Source of the DNA: Vicinamibacterales bacterium
Lineage (GTDB): Bacteria > Acidobacteriota > Vicinamibacteria > Vicinamibacterales > UBA2999
Assembly: GCA_035649635.1 (NCBI GenBank)
Contig: DASRJE010000193.1
Span: forward strand, 12,072 to 76,071
DNA length: 64,000 bases
Direction: 5' to 3'
Shown here: positions 26,879 through 35,367 of the stretch, piece after piece
Numbering within the stretch: position 1 is the first letter of the stretch
Layout of the letters: each line of letters begins with the position of its first letter
Translations under genes and position numbers: made by a program
The notes under the pieces: generated by a model
Databases searched by the model: none
Seen by the model: only the letters and a program-made list of their open reading frames with translations
What the model was told of the DNA's origin: nothing

Positions 26879-27657
26879 TCACTTGAACGCCGCAACTTCG
26901 CCGGGCGTGAGCAGTCTCCACTTTCCGATCGGCAGCGTGCCGATACCAATGGGCCCGACCTTCACACGAACCAGCTTCAGGACTTTTGCGCCGAGAGCTT
27001 CCACCATCCGGCGAACCTGCCGGTTGCGCCCTTCGGTGAGCGTGATCTCGAAGTGCGTGTATTTCGCCGAATCGCGTACTCGCTTCACGATGGCGGGCCG
27101 CGTTGTCCCGTCGGCGAGCTCGATGCCGTGACGGAGTTGCTGGAGCTGCAGGTCGGTGAGCCGCGTCGACGCCTTGACGAGATAGGTCTTGGGCACGTGT
27201 GAGTCCGGATTCGTCACACGCTCGGCGAACCGATTGTCGTTGGTCATCAGCAACAGCCCTGAGGTATCGAGGTCGAGCCTCCCCACCGGGGAAAGAAACG
27301 TCCCAACGTTGGCGATCAAGTCATAGACCGTCGGGCGCCCTTCCGGGTCTTTGTGTACGTCGTCAGGTAACCGGTTGGTTTGTAGAGCAGAACGTAGAGG
27401 CGCTCTCGAGCCACGAGCGGCTTCCCATCGAAGCGAACTCGATCGCGTTGCATGTCGACCCAGTGATCGGGATTCCGAATGACCTTCCCGTTCACCTGCA
27501 CGCGCCCCGCGTGAATCCAACTGCGCGCCTCGACGCGCGAGCCGATGCCGGCCTTCGAGAGTACTCGTTCGAGTGTCTTGAGCGGGCGCTTCTGCGTGTG
27601 CACAGTCGTTCTCTCGATAGTCGAGTAGGGCGGGTCCTGTTTGATGAACCGCCTCAT
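26879..27657 (-). pseudogene. RsuA/RluB-type pseudouridine synthase with a single-nucleotide frameshift
   Basis: The S4 domain and start of the catalytic domain lie in ORF 27316..27756 (LERVLSKAGIGSRVEARSWI...YVLLYKPTGYLTTY). The rest lies in ORF 26879..27730 (KDPEGRPTVYDLI...VGRLDLDTSGLLLMTND...). The frames meet at the run caaag, around 27350-27356. Confidence 0.8.
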
Positions 27658-28050
27658 ATGACGGGTCTCTACAAAGCAAGACCCGGCCTGGGGCGCTGTC
27701 CGGGTTCTCCACCCTCCTGCGTAGAGACAAAGCAGAGGGCGCGCCCGCGGGCGCAACAGTGCTCAGAAACGGAACTCAACTGCCAGGAGAACCTATCATC
27801 ATGAAATCACTCAAGACTGTCACATCCGCTGCCATTGCCATCAGGTTGCTGATGGCGGGAACCGCCTTCGCCCAGCGCCCGGCCAATATCGCGGCTACCA
27901 CGTGGACGCCGCAGACGAACGTGGATGTCGAAACGCTCGTGATCAAGGATGCCGTGCGCTCACATCACCTCCTGATCCGTATCGCGGCCTCGAGACTCTA
28001 CGCGTCCCTTGACGGCAGGAAGCTCTGCACACAAGATCGGGTGGTTCCCG

Positions 28051-29346
28051 ATGCACTTCAGACTGCTTCTTGCGGCGGCAATCTGTCTGTATGTTCTTGG
28101 TGGTCTCTCGGCGCCCATCGTTGCCCAGCGTGCCGGCGCATTCAGAGGCTCGACCGAGGATCCGGCGATCAAGTATTCGAGCACGCCGCTGAATAACGCC
28201 GTCGTCGAAGCGAATCGGAAGATTCAAGATGGGTCGCTTCGGCTCAGCTTGGAAGGCACGAGCGGGTTCTTGCGTTCAGCCCTCGACGCCCTGCAGATTC
28301 CGGTGGATTCACAACTGCTTGTCTTCTCGCGAGCGAGCCTGCAGGGAAAACTGATCAACGAGCGCAATCCGCGCGCGCTGTTCTTCAACGATCGTGTCGC
28401 CCTCGGCTGGGTGCGCGGCGGTGAGATCATCGAGGTGGCCGCTCACGACGAATCTGCGGGCGTCGTCTTCTACACCCTCGACCAGCGCGACGCGTCAGGC
28501 TCGCAACAATTCAAGCGAGCCTTCGAATGCCTGGGATGTCACCTGGCCGGGGACACGCTCGGCGTACCCGGCTTCTTGATGTTCAGCTCGACGCGTCCCG
28601 CCCAATCGCAGGAGTTCAGCCTTCCGCGTGCAGTCGATCACAGCGATGCTTTGAGCCGTCGTTTTGGCGGCTGGTTCGTCACCGGTAGCACCGGTTCCGC
28701 TTCGCACATGGGAAACGACACGCCTTCGTTGGATGGGCGCGCGAGCCGCGAGCTCACGTCGGTCGAGGGATTGTTCGACGCCGATGGGTATCGCGCCCTC
28801 TCGAGCGACATCGTCGCTCACCTTGTCTTCACGCATCAGATCGGCATGGCCAATCTGCTCACGCGCGCGAGCTGGCAGGCGCGCGCCGCCGATCCGTTGC
28901 TCCACCCACCATATACTGCGACGCCAGGTGAAGAGACTCGCATCGCCGTCATGATGAGTGGCGTCGCGAGCGAAGTGGTCGACTACTTGCTGTTTATCGA
29001 TGAAACAAAACTGACCGACCAAGTACGTGGCCAGTCGGGCTTCGCAGAACGCTTCTCGTCCGTCGGCCCGCGAGACCGGAGAGGACGCTCGCTCCACGAG
29101 CTCGATCTGAATCGCCGCTTGATGAAGTACCCCTGCAGTTACTTAATCTACTCATCCGCATTCGACGCGTTACCGCCGAGCGCGAAGGATCCGATTTACA
29201 AACGACTGTGGGAAGTCTTGTCAGGAGAAGAACAGGGCGAGCGGTACCGCTCCGCCCTCTCGCTCGCCGACCGTCAAGCGATCGCGGAGATTCTGCGAGA
29301 CACCAAGAAGGACCTGCCGCCGTATTTTCAAACTGTGGCGAAATAG
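28051..29346 (+). CDS. Secreted hypothetical protein with a single CxxCH motif
   Basis: ORF 28009..29346 trimmed to ATG 28051. It has a signal peptide, FECLGCHLAG (CxxCH) and a conserved-looking C-terminus LMKYPCSYLIYSSAFDALP. Confidence 0.65.
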   Translation: MHFRLLLAAAICLYVLGGLSAPIVAQRAGAFRGSTEDPAIKYSSTPLNNAVVEANRKIQDGSLRLSLEGTSGFLRSALDALQIPVDSQLLVFSRASLQGKLINERNPRALFFNDRVALGWVRGGEIIEVAAHDESAGVVFYTLDQRDASGSQQFKRAFECLGCHLAGDTLGVPGFLMFSSTRPAQSQEFSLPRAVDHSDALSRRFGGWFVTGSTGSASHMGNDTPSLDGRASRELTSVEGLFDADGYRALSSDIVAHLVFTHQIGMANLLTRASWQARAADPLLHPPYTATPGEETRIAVMMSGVASEVVDYLLFIDETKLTDQVRGQSGFAERFSSVGPRDRRGRSLHELDLNRRLMKYPCSYLIYSSAFDALPPSAKDPIYKRLWEVLSGEEQGERYRSALSLADRQAIAEILRDTKKDLPPYFQTVAK

Positions 29347-29371
29347 GACGGGGTCAGACCCCACCTCAGAA

Positions 29372-29848
29372 ATGCACGTCAGAGCTGCGGAACCCACCGA
29401 GATCGATCCACTCGCACAACTCTGGTTCGACGGCTGGCATGAAGCACATGCCCATCTGGTTCCGCCGCCACTCACGCGCGTTCGCACGCTGGCGAATTTT
29501 CGAGAAAGGCTTCGTGCCGCGCTCCCGGATATTCGTGTCGTCGGTGAGCCCGGTTCGCCGGCGGGTTTCTGCGTCGTGAAGGACGACGAGCTCTATCAAC
29601 TGTTCGTGTCGCGGCACGCGAGAGGCTCGGGTGTCGCGGCCGCATTGCTGGCCGACGGCGAAGCGCGGCTCTCGGCAAACGGTGTCGTCACTGCGTGGCT
29701 GGCGTGCGCGATTGGAAATGATCGCGCAGCACGCTTCTATGAGAAGTGTGGATGGCGCCGGATGGGAACGATGATCAACGAACTGGAAACAATCGAAGGA
29801 CTGTTTCTGCTCGAGGTCTGGCGCTATGAAAAATCTCTAATCGGATGA
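29372..29848 (+). CDS. GNAT-family N-acetyltransferase
   Basis: ORF 29372..29848. LFVSRHARGSGVAAALL (acetyl-CoA loop, R/Q-x-x-G-x-G/A) and ARFYEKCGW. Confidence 0.85.
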   Translation: MHVRAAEPTEIDPLAQLWFDGWHEAHAHLVPPPLTRVRTLANFRERLRAALPDIRVVGEPGSPAGFCVVKDDELYQLFVSRHARGSGVAAALLADGEARLSANGVVTAWLACAIGNDRAARFYEKCGWRRMGTMINELETIEGLFLLEVWRYEKSLIG

Positions 29849-29877
29849 GTCACCACAACCGACTTCAATAGTTCACC

Positions 29878-29898
29878 TACGCATGCTCGGCATGCGTA
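29878..29898. terminator. Inverted repeat TACGCATGC-tcg-GCATGCGTA
   Basis: A 9-bp perfect stem with a 3-nt loop, 30 nt after the GNAT stop and about 80 nt before the next ATG. No T-tract, so it could be a terminator or an operator. Confidence 0.3.
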
Positions 29899-29979
29899 CT
29901 GCTCTCGTCATGAGGCGTATGAGAACAGGAATCGGATGGGTTGTAAGCCCATCAAGGAGACCCATGAAGGAGGGAACCT

Positions 29980-30516
29980 ATGGCCTCAGACATCGTCGCG
30001 TATGGCATCTACCCGGATCGGCTTGCATTTGAACGCGCCCTCGAGGCGCTGCGCGCGGCCGGGTTTCGCAACAGCGACATCTCAGCGATTCTGCCCGATC
30101 GAGATGGGACGACGAGAGACCTCGCGGCGGAGATCAACACCAAAGCACCAGAAGGGTTTACAACAGGGGCAAGCACCGGTGCGGCCATCGGCGGCGTACT
30201 CGGATGGCTGGTCGGAATTGGCGCGATCATCATTCCTGGCATTGGACCGATCGTGGCCGCCGGCCCGGTCGTCGCGGCTCTTGCCGGGGCGGGCGCTGCC
30301 GGAGCGACCGGCGGACTCGTGGGAGGCCTGATCGGCGCCGGCATTCCGGAGATCGAAGCCAAGAGATATGCGGGACGGATTCGCGAGGGCGCGTACCTCG
30401 TTTCCGTGCACTGCGACGATCGCAAATGGGCGAAGCGGGCGGAAGAAATTCTCGAGACCACCGGTGGCCGAGACGTCGTCAAAACATCAGAAGCGAGCGC
30501 TGATTACAAGCCGTAA
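29980..30516 (+). CDS. Glycine-zipper membrane stress-protein-like (YflT/general-stress-like ends)
   Basis: ORF 29980..30516 (GAAGGAGG RBS). The central part is G/A/I-rich (GAAIGGVLGWLVGIGAIIIPGIGPIVAAG...). The flanks include GIPEIEAKRYAGRIREGAYLVSVH. Confidence 0.65.
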   Translation: MASDIVAYGIYPDRLAFERALEALRAAGFRNSDISAILPDRDGTTRDLAAEINTKAPEGFTTGASTGAAIGGVLGWLVGIGAIIIPGIGPIVAAGPVVAALAGAGAAGATGGLVGGLIGAGIPEIEAKRYAGRIREGAYLVSVHCDDRKWAKRAEEILETTGGRDVVKTSEASADYKP

Positions 30517-30617
30517 ATCGCTTCTGCCCCTGTCCGGCGCGGCCCGGAATGGCTGAGGCCACTTCCGGGCCCGCCGCCCGTAACATGTAGGCACCCCTCA
30601 GTCCAACGTTTGCCGAT

Positions 30618-30941
30618 GTGACCAGCCCCTCACCGCCTTTGAACGACCGACTGCGATATGCGATCGAGCACAAGCACCTGATCGAGATCAGTTACCACGG
30701 GAGCATGCGCGTCGCCGAGCCGCACGACTACGGCGTTCACAAGGGAATCGAGCGGCTACTGGTGTTCCAACTGCGCGACTCCGTCCACGCGCAGAACCAC
30801 AGCGCGACGGGTTGGAGGCTTCTCGATATCTCGCAAATCGACGAGTGCCTCGTCCTCGAAAAGAACTTTCCCGGCAGTCGTGGACAGTTGCATCAAAGTC
30901 ACCTCCTGTGGGACAAGGTCTACGCGCGCGTGAGCTGCTAA
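30618..30941 (+). CDS. Small stand-alone WYL/SH3-like domain protein
   Basis: ORF 30618..30941 (GTG start, weak RBS). The pattern IEISYHGSMRVAEPHDYG...LLVFQL...GWRLLDISQIDECLVLEKNF fits the WYL-type beta-barrel pattern (x-I-x-Y...R-x-V-x-P...aromatic-R-x-F/L...I...L...F). Confidence 0.5.
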   Translation: MTSPSPPLNDRLRYAIEHKHLIEISYHGSMRVAEPHDYGVHKGIERLLVFQLRDSVHAQNHSATGWRLLDISQIDECLVLEKNFPGSRGQLHQSHLLWDKVYARVSC

Positions 30942-30954
30942 ACGCGTACACTCC

Positions 30955-32214
30955 TTGCGCGTGGATAAGACGCCGCGCTGTCTGACCGTCCTCACGCCGA
31001 TACTGCCCGGCAAAGACGCCGCTCTGCGCGCGCGGCTGCGCGCGATCGGCGATGACATCAACGGCAAGAAAGTCTCCGCAGGGACTCGTCCCGACATTGC
31101 GTTCGTTCGTAGTCGGCGTATTCATTTCGCGCGATTCGCCATCCTGAACGATCCCGATCGTGGACCTGGACGCACCCGCCTGCTGTTTGCGTCGGTCTAT
31201 GACGGCCCCCTCGATGAACACCTCGATGAGCTCGTCGCGATTACGTCCGATGTCGACGCGATTTGGGGAGCGTGCGAGGGCTACACCGGCGTCAACCGAT
31301 TTCAGTCGTTCATCCAGGCCCACGCCTGCGATGCAAACGCGTATTACGTCGCCTTTCGCGACGAGTCCGCGTCATCCATCACGAGCGCTATCGACGCGCG
31401 CCGTCGTCGGCACGCACTCCAGGATTCACACACACCGAGCAGGGACGAGCGCACGAACGCGCGTGCTGCTATTGATTCCCCTTCCCTTTTTCGTTCGTTA
31501 GTTGCGGCCACACGGCGTGTCGTGCGCGCCGCGCCTGTTGTAACGGATGTCGTTCGCGCAGTCGTGCAGAACGGCTTTGGCAACGTCTACCACGGCACGC
31601 TGCGGATCACGGCGAGCCTCGATCGATACCGCGTATTCCGCGTTCTCAACTGGATCACGAGAAACCGCACTCCACCAAGGAAGTCTGCGTTCAGCAGCGT
31701 TCCCATCGACCAGCGCAGCGCGTTTGCCCCCCTGGTGACCGGCGACGAAATCCCAGCCGAATGGACGGCCATCGCCCCTGAGTTCCGGGAGGACGCCGTC
31801 GCGCAGAATCAGCTCACCCTGCTGACCGTTGTCGATCCGGCCTCTGTCGGCCGTGTGCGGGCAGTTCTGGCGGCGATTGATTCGTACGCGCGGCGTCTTT
31901 CGCCCCCGGGCTCGTTGATTGGGATCAGCACGATCCATTTCGTGCGATGGCTGTTGATCGATCGCGGCCGCCGGTTACTATTCATCAGCGACTACGATGG
32001 AAGCTGGGAAAGCTACATCGATGAATTCGCCGAAATGATCTTGTCCGGTCTCGACGCGATCTGGGAGACCTCATACGGAATGCCTCCTGACGGCGCGCGG
32101 GATTTCCCCGCGTTCAAGCGCTTTCTTCGCAGCCATCAGGTGCCGTCTGACATTTTCTTTGCCGCGTACCCGGATGCTACGGTTCTGAACATCATCTCGG
32201 ACCGGGCGCACTAG
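30955..32214 (+). CDS. Hypothetical protein built from two homologous alpha/beta repeats (conserved HF[AV]R[FW] motif)
   Basis: ORF 30955..32214 (TTG 30955 or GTG 30961). The internal duplication is visible by eye: CLTVLTPILPG..IHFARFAILND..LLFASVYDGPLDEHLDEL..AIWG versus QLTLLTVVDPA..IHFVRWLLIDRG..LLFISDYDGSWESYIDEF..AIWE. Confidence 0.7.
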   Translation: MRVDKTPRCLTVLTPILPGKDAALRARLRAIGDDINGKKVSAGTRPDIAFVRSRRIHFARFAILNDPDRGPGRTRLLFASVYDGPLDEHLDELVAITSDVDAIWGACEGYTGVNRFQSFIQAHACDANAYYVAFRDESASSITSAIDARRRRHALQDSHTPSRDERTNARAAIDSPSLFRSLVAATRRVVRAAPVVTDVVRAVVQNGFGNVYHGTLRITASLDRYRVFRVLNWITRNRTPPRKSAFSSVPIDQRSAFAPLVTGDEIPAEWTAIAPEFREDAVAQNQLTLLTVVDPASVGRVRAVLAAIDSYARRLSPPGSLIGISTIHFVRWLLIDRGRRLLFISDYDGSWESYIDEFAEMILSGLDAIWETSYGMPPDGARDFPAFKRFLRSHQVPSDIFFAAYPDATVLNIISDRAH

Positions 32215-32234
32215 CCAAAGGGGTTCATCACACG

Positions 32235-33746
32235 TTGCGGCTGACAGACGAAGCCCTTGCCGATATCCAGGGCGTCATCACGAGCGGCTATCGACATCTG
32301 CCGCAGGCCGCGTACCTCTTCGTCAGGATGACAGACCTGACCGGTGCGCGCCGTTGGCTTTCACGCATATCGGCTTCGATCACTACTTCGAGACGATGGC
32401 CTGTCGAACGCGCATCGGCGAACGTGAAACCGCAATCGGCGATTAACGTCGGGATCACAGCAGCAGGGCTGCGCGCGTGCGGACTGCCCTCTCGTGTACT
32501 GTGCACCTTCCCTTCGGAGTTCCAGGACGGCATCACGTCCCCGGAGCGATCGCGTATTCTTGGCGACACCGGCGAGAGCGCTCCGGAGCGGTGGGAAATC
32601 GGTGGACTGCGTTCCGATCCGGTGCATGCTCTCCTGCTCCTCTTCGCGTCTGACGAGACCAACCTCAATGCACTCTGCGCGGCCCAGCGCGCGATTCTCG
32701 AGTTGTGCGATGGTGTCGTCGAGTTGCGCGACAGCATGCAACGTGGCTACAGACCAGAAACGGAGTCGGAGCCCTTCGGTTTCCACGACGGCCTCGCGCA
32801 ACCACGAATCAGAGGGGTCGACGGCCGTGGTGTAGCGACCGGTGAGTTCATCCTCGGTTACGAGAATCACTACGGGCTCATTCCGCCGACGCCAGTCGTG
32901 CCCCGCGATCTGGATCCGTCGGAGATCCTTCCGCCGCTCTCAAACCCGTACCACTCGATGGAGTCTCTGGCCGACCTTGGCAAGAACGGCTCCTATCTCG
33001 TGTATCGCAAGCTCCAGCAGGACGTCGCGGGGTTCTGGCAGTTCATGGCCAGGGAGGCCGCACGCGGCGGTCGCACCGACCCGACCACCATCATCTGGCT
33101 CGCATCGAAGTGTGTGGGACGCTGGCCCTCGGGGGCGCCTCTCGCGTTAGCACCCGACCGCGATGCGCCCGACCTGTCTGAACGGGACGACTTCTTTTAT
33201 TCAGATGATCCTGACGGGCTGCGATGCCCGGTCGGGGCGCATGTCCGCCGCACCAACCCGCGCGACGCGCTCAAGCCGTATCCGCCGCGGCAATCGCTCA
33301 GCATGACCGATGCCCATCGGTTGATCCGGCGGGGGCGCGTCTTCGGCCCGCCTCTATTCGATCCCGGCGTGCTTCGTCGCGCGTCGATAGACGCGCGAGA
33401 GACACTGCCCGAGATGCGGGACGATGGCCAGGCCCGGGGCGTGCATTTCTTCTGCGTCAACGCCAGTTTGAAAAGTCAGTTCGAGTTCGTGCAACAAACG
33501 TGGGCCAACAACCCGCGGTTTGGCGGATTGAACGACAACATGGATCCGCTGACGAGCAGTCCATGTGACGAAAAAACCGCAAGCCGCATGACGATCGCGC
33601 GTCGAGGCGCGCCCGCGGGAGCGGGCGCAGGCGCACTGCGCACACAGGTGTTGCCACGATTCGTCACGGTTAAAGCCGGCGCATACTTGTTCCTTCCGAG
33701 CCTCACGGCACTGCGCTTCCTTGGAAGGGCCGCGGCGGACACGTAG
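32235..33746 (+). CDS. DyP-type peroxidase (long form)
   Basis: ORF 32235..33746 (TTG start, AAAGGGG RBS). DIQGVITSGY, EPFGFHDGLAQP (GFxDG), SYLVYRKLQQDV, GAHVRRTNPRD and FFCVNASLKSQFEFVQ are DyP landmarks. Confidence 0.85.
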   Translation: MRLTDEALADIQGVITSGYRHLPQAAYLFVRMTDLTGARRWLSRISASITTSRRWPVERASANVKPQSAINVGITAAGLRACGLPSRVLCTFPSEFQDGITSPERSRILGDTGESAPERWEIGGLRSDPVHALLLLFASDETNLNALCAAQRAILELCDGVVELRDSMQRGYRPETESEPFGFHDGLAQPRIRGVDGRGVATGEFILGYENHYGLIPPTPVVPRDLDPSEILPPLSNPYHSMESLADLGKNGSYLVYRKLQQDVAGFWQFMAREAARGGRTDPTTIIWLASKCVGRWPSGAPLALAPDRDAPDLSERDDFFYSDDPDGLRCPVGAHVRRTNPRDALKPYPPRQSLSMTDAHRLIRRGRVFGPPLFDPGVLRRASIDARETLPEMRDDGQARGVHFFCVNASLKSQFEFVQQTWANNPRFGGLNDNMDPLTSSPCDEKTASRMTIARRGAPAGAGAGALRTQVLPRFVTVKAGAYLFLPSLTALRFLGRAAADT

Positions 33747-33756
33747 GCGCAAAACC

Positions 33757-33777
33757 GCGCAGGATAAAAGCCTGCGC
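33757..33777 (+). terminator. Hairpin GCGCAGG-ataaaag-CCTGCGC after the DyP gene
   Basis: A 7-bp GC-rich stem 11 nt after the stop, followed by tct. The U-tract is weak. Confidence 0.4.
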
Positions 33778-33910
33778 TCTACGCACGGGTCGAATCACTG
33801 TCAAACAACCGTAGAGCGAAGCGCCAGGCGCCGCCAACCCGCAGGTCGCGGCGAGAGCGCCTTGTCAAGAGTCCCGCTTCAGTTCAGCATGAGAGCGCTG
33901 GAGCAGATAC

Positions 33911-34327
33911 ATGAGCGTCAAGGGAGCGCATGCCGCCGCAGGGACCTTGTGGTCGATCGGCGTGATTCGATCAGTGCTGACCGAACGTCATGGCGCGCCG
34001 AAACAGGGATCGGAAGGCGCGCCCGACGCCTGGCTCGAAGTCCATCCATCGGTGTCCGACGGGTTGCTCGGGGTTTCGGTCGGCGACGAGCTCATCGTCA
34101 TCACGTGGTTACACCAGGGACGCCGCGACGTGCTCCAGGTCCACCCACGCGGTAATCCGACCAATCCACTCACCGGTGTCTTCGCGACGCGGTCGCCCGA
34201 TCGGCCCAATCCGCTTGGCCTGCACCCCGTCGTCGTGCGCGAAATCGACGGACGTCGGCTGCGCATCGGCCCCATCGAAGCGATCGACGGGACGCCCGTC
34301 GTCGACATCAAGCCCGTGCTTTGTTAG
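33911..34327 (+). CDS. TsaA/TrmO-like (YaeB, UPF0066) domain protein
   Basis: ORF 33911..34327. IGVIRS...APKQG...RPNPLGLHPVVVREIDGRRLRIGPIEAIDGTPVVDIKP is the TsaA-like barrel. Confidence 0.85.
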   Translation: MSVKGAHAAAGTLWSIGVIRSVLTERHGAPKQGSEGAPDAWLEVHPSVSDGLLGVSVGDELIVITWLHQGRRDVLQVHPRGNPTNPLTGVFATRSPDRPNPLGLHPVVVREIDGRRLRIGPIEAIDGTPVVDIKPVLC

Positions 34328-34841
34328 ATCGACGTGTTGTTGCGGCGCTGCTCGTCCGGGTGCGCTTCACTTTCTTGGTCGTGGCCGGCTTCGTCTTCTT
34401 CGTGCCGCGCGTGCTCCCCGCGTTGACCTCGCTCGCCGCTGAGAAGTCGTACGCTTCGTGAAGCCAATCGGTGATGGGTGGTTCGACCTCATCGCGATGA
34501 CGAATCTGCATGACGTGGGCGACCTTCGACTTCGATGTGCGCTCGGCACGGCGCACCTGCGGCGCCTTCACCATGCGCCCAAGGAACACGCAGACCTCGA
34601 GAAAGCCTTTCTTCGGGCGCACGAAGAAGTAACACGACTTCCGCGAGAACATGATCGAGTTGTGGGAAGCGTAGATCCTCTGCTCACCAAATTCGGCGGC
34701 AGTGTCGCGCAGCCGTCCCCACGCGTCGCGCAGGTCTTCCGTTAGGTCCTGCGTGAGCGCCGCTTCAGTCGTCGTCCAGCAGTCGTGGACCTCGCCTTCC
34801 TCGACCCACTGTTTGCAGTGGTAACACTCTCGACCAGCCAT
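34308..34841 (-). CDS. DUF5655-like protein with an N-terminal CxxC...HxC motif and a Lys/Arg/Thr-rich tail
   Basis: ORF 34308..34955 trimmed to ATG 34841 (GGAGG RBS). ECYHCKQWVEEGEVHDCW; core IMFSRKSCYFFVRPKKGFLEVCVFL; tail TRGTKKTKPATTKKVKRTRTSSAATTRRSNKARA. Confidence 0.7.
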   Translation of the reverse strand: MAGRECYHCKQWVEEGEVHDCWTTTEAALTQDLTEDLRDAWGRLRDTAAEFGEQRIYASHNSIMFSRKSCYFFVRPKKGFLEVCVFLGRMVKAPQVRRAERTSKSKVAHVMQIRHRDEVEPPITDWLHEAYDFSAASEVNAGSTRGTKKTKPATTKKVKRTRTSSAATTRRSNKARA

Positions 34842-34903
34842 AACCTCCAGAAGGTGCTCACGTCCTAGCATAGGACAGTGGAGGTCCAGCGAGACTGAAT
34901 TCC

Positions 34904-35299
34904 TTACAATCGTTCGCTCACGGCGAGGATGTTTCCCTCGGTGTCTTTGAACCACGCAGTCTTGGCACCGCCTCCGGTCGCAATGCCGTTCACGGTCTTG
35001 ATGCTGGGCAGGTCGTACTCTTCGAATACCACGCCGCGAGATTTCAGTTCAGCGACCTCGCTGGCGACGTCGTCGACGCTCCAGAAAGCCGTGCTCGCTT
35101 TAGATGTGCCGGCGCCTGCAGATGGATACATGAACACGCGCGCCCCGCCGCACTCGTAGAACACGCCGCCGGCGTATTCTTCGATGGGTATCAGGCCGAC
35201 TATTTCTTCGTAGAATTTTCGTGCGCGCCGGACGTTGGCCACCGGGATGTACGGCACGATTCGCGCGTCCTTCAACATATGTCCATCCTTGAGATTCAT
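34904..35299 (-). CDS. VOC-family (glyoxalase/bleomycin-resistance fold) protein
   Basis: ORF 34904..35299. ARKFYEEIVGL...AWFKDTEGNILAV is typical. The start could instead be ATG 35278. Confidence 0.85.
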   Translation of the reverse strand: MNLKDGHMLKDARIVPYIPVANVRRARKFYEEIVGLIPIEEYAGGVFYECGGARVFMYPSAGAGTSKASTAFWSVDDVASEVAELKSRGVVFEEYDLPSIKTVNGIATGGGAKTAWFKDTEGNILAVSERL

Positions 35300-35367
35300 T
35301 TGCTTGTTTCTTCAAGGAAGAACGCTGCCAAAGTACAGCCCAACAGCAATCACAAGCGAGGTCGTCA

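Noticed and set aside
27801-28196. A 131-aa ORF with a good RBS and signal-peptide-like start (MKSLKTVTSAAIAIRLLMAGTAFAQ)
   Set aside because: After about 60 residues the sequence becomes Cys/Arg-rich, and it overlaps the better-supported CDS from 28051 by 146 nt. It may be a short remnant but is not supportable as an intact gene.
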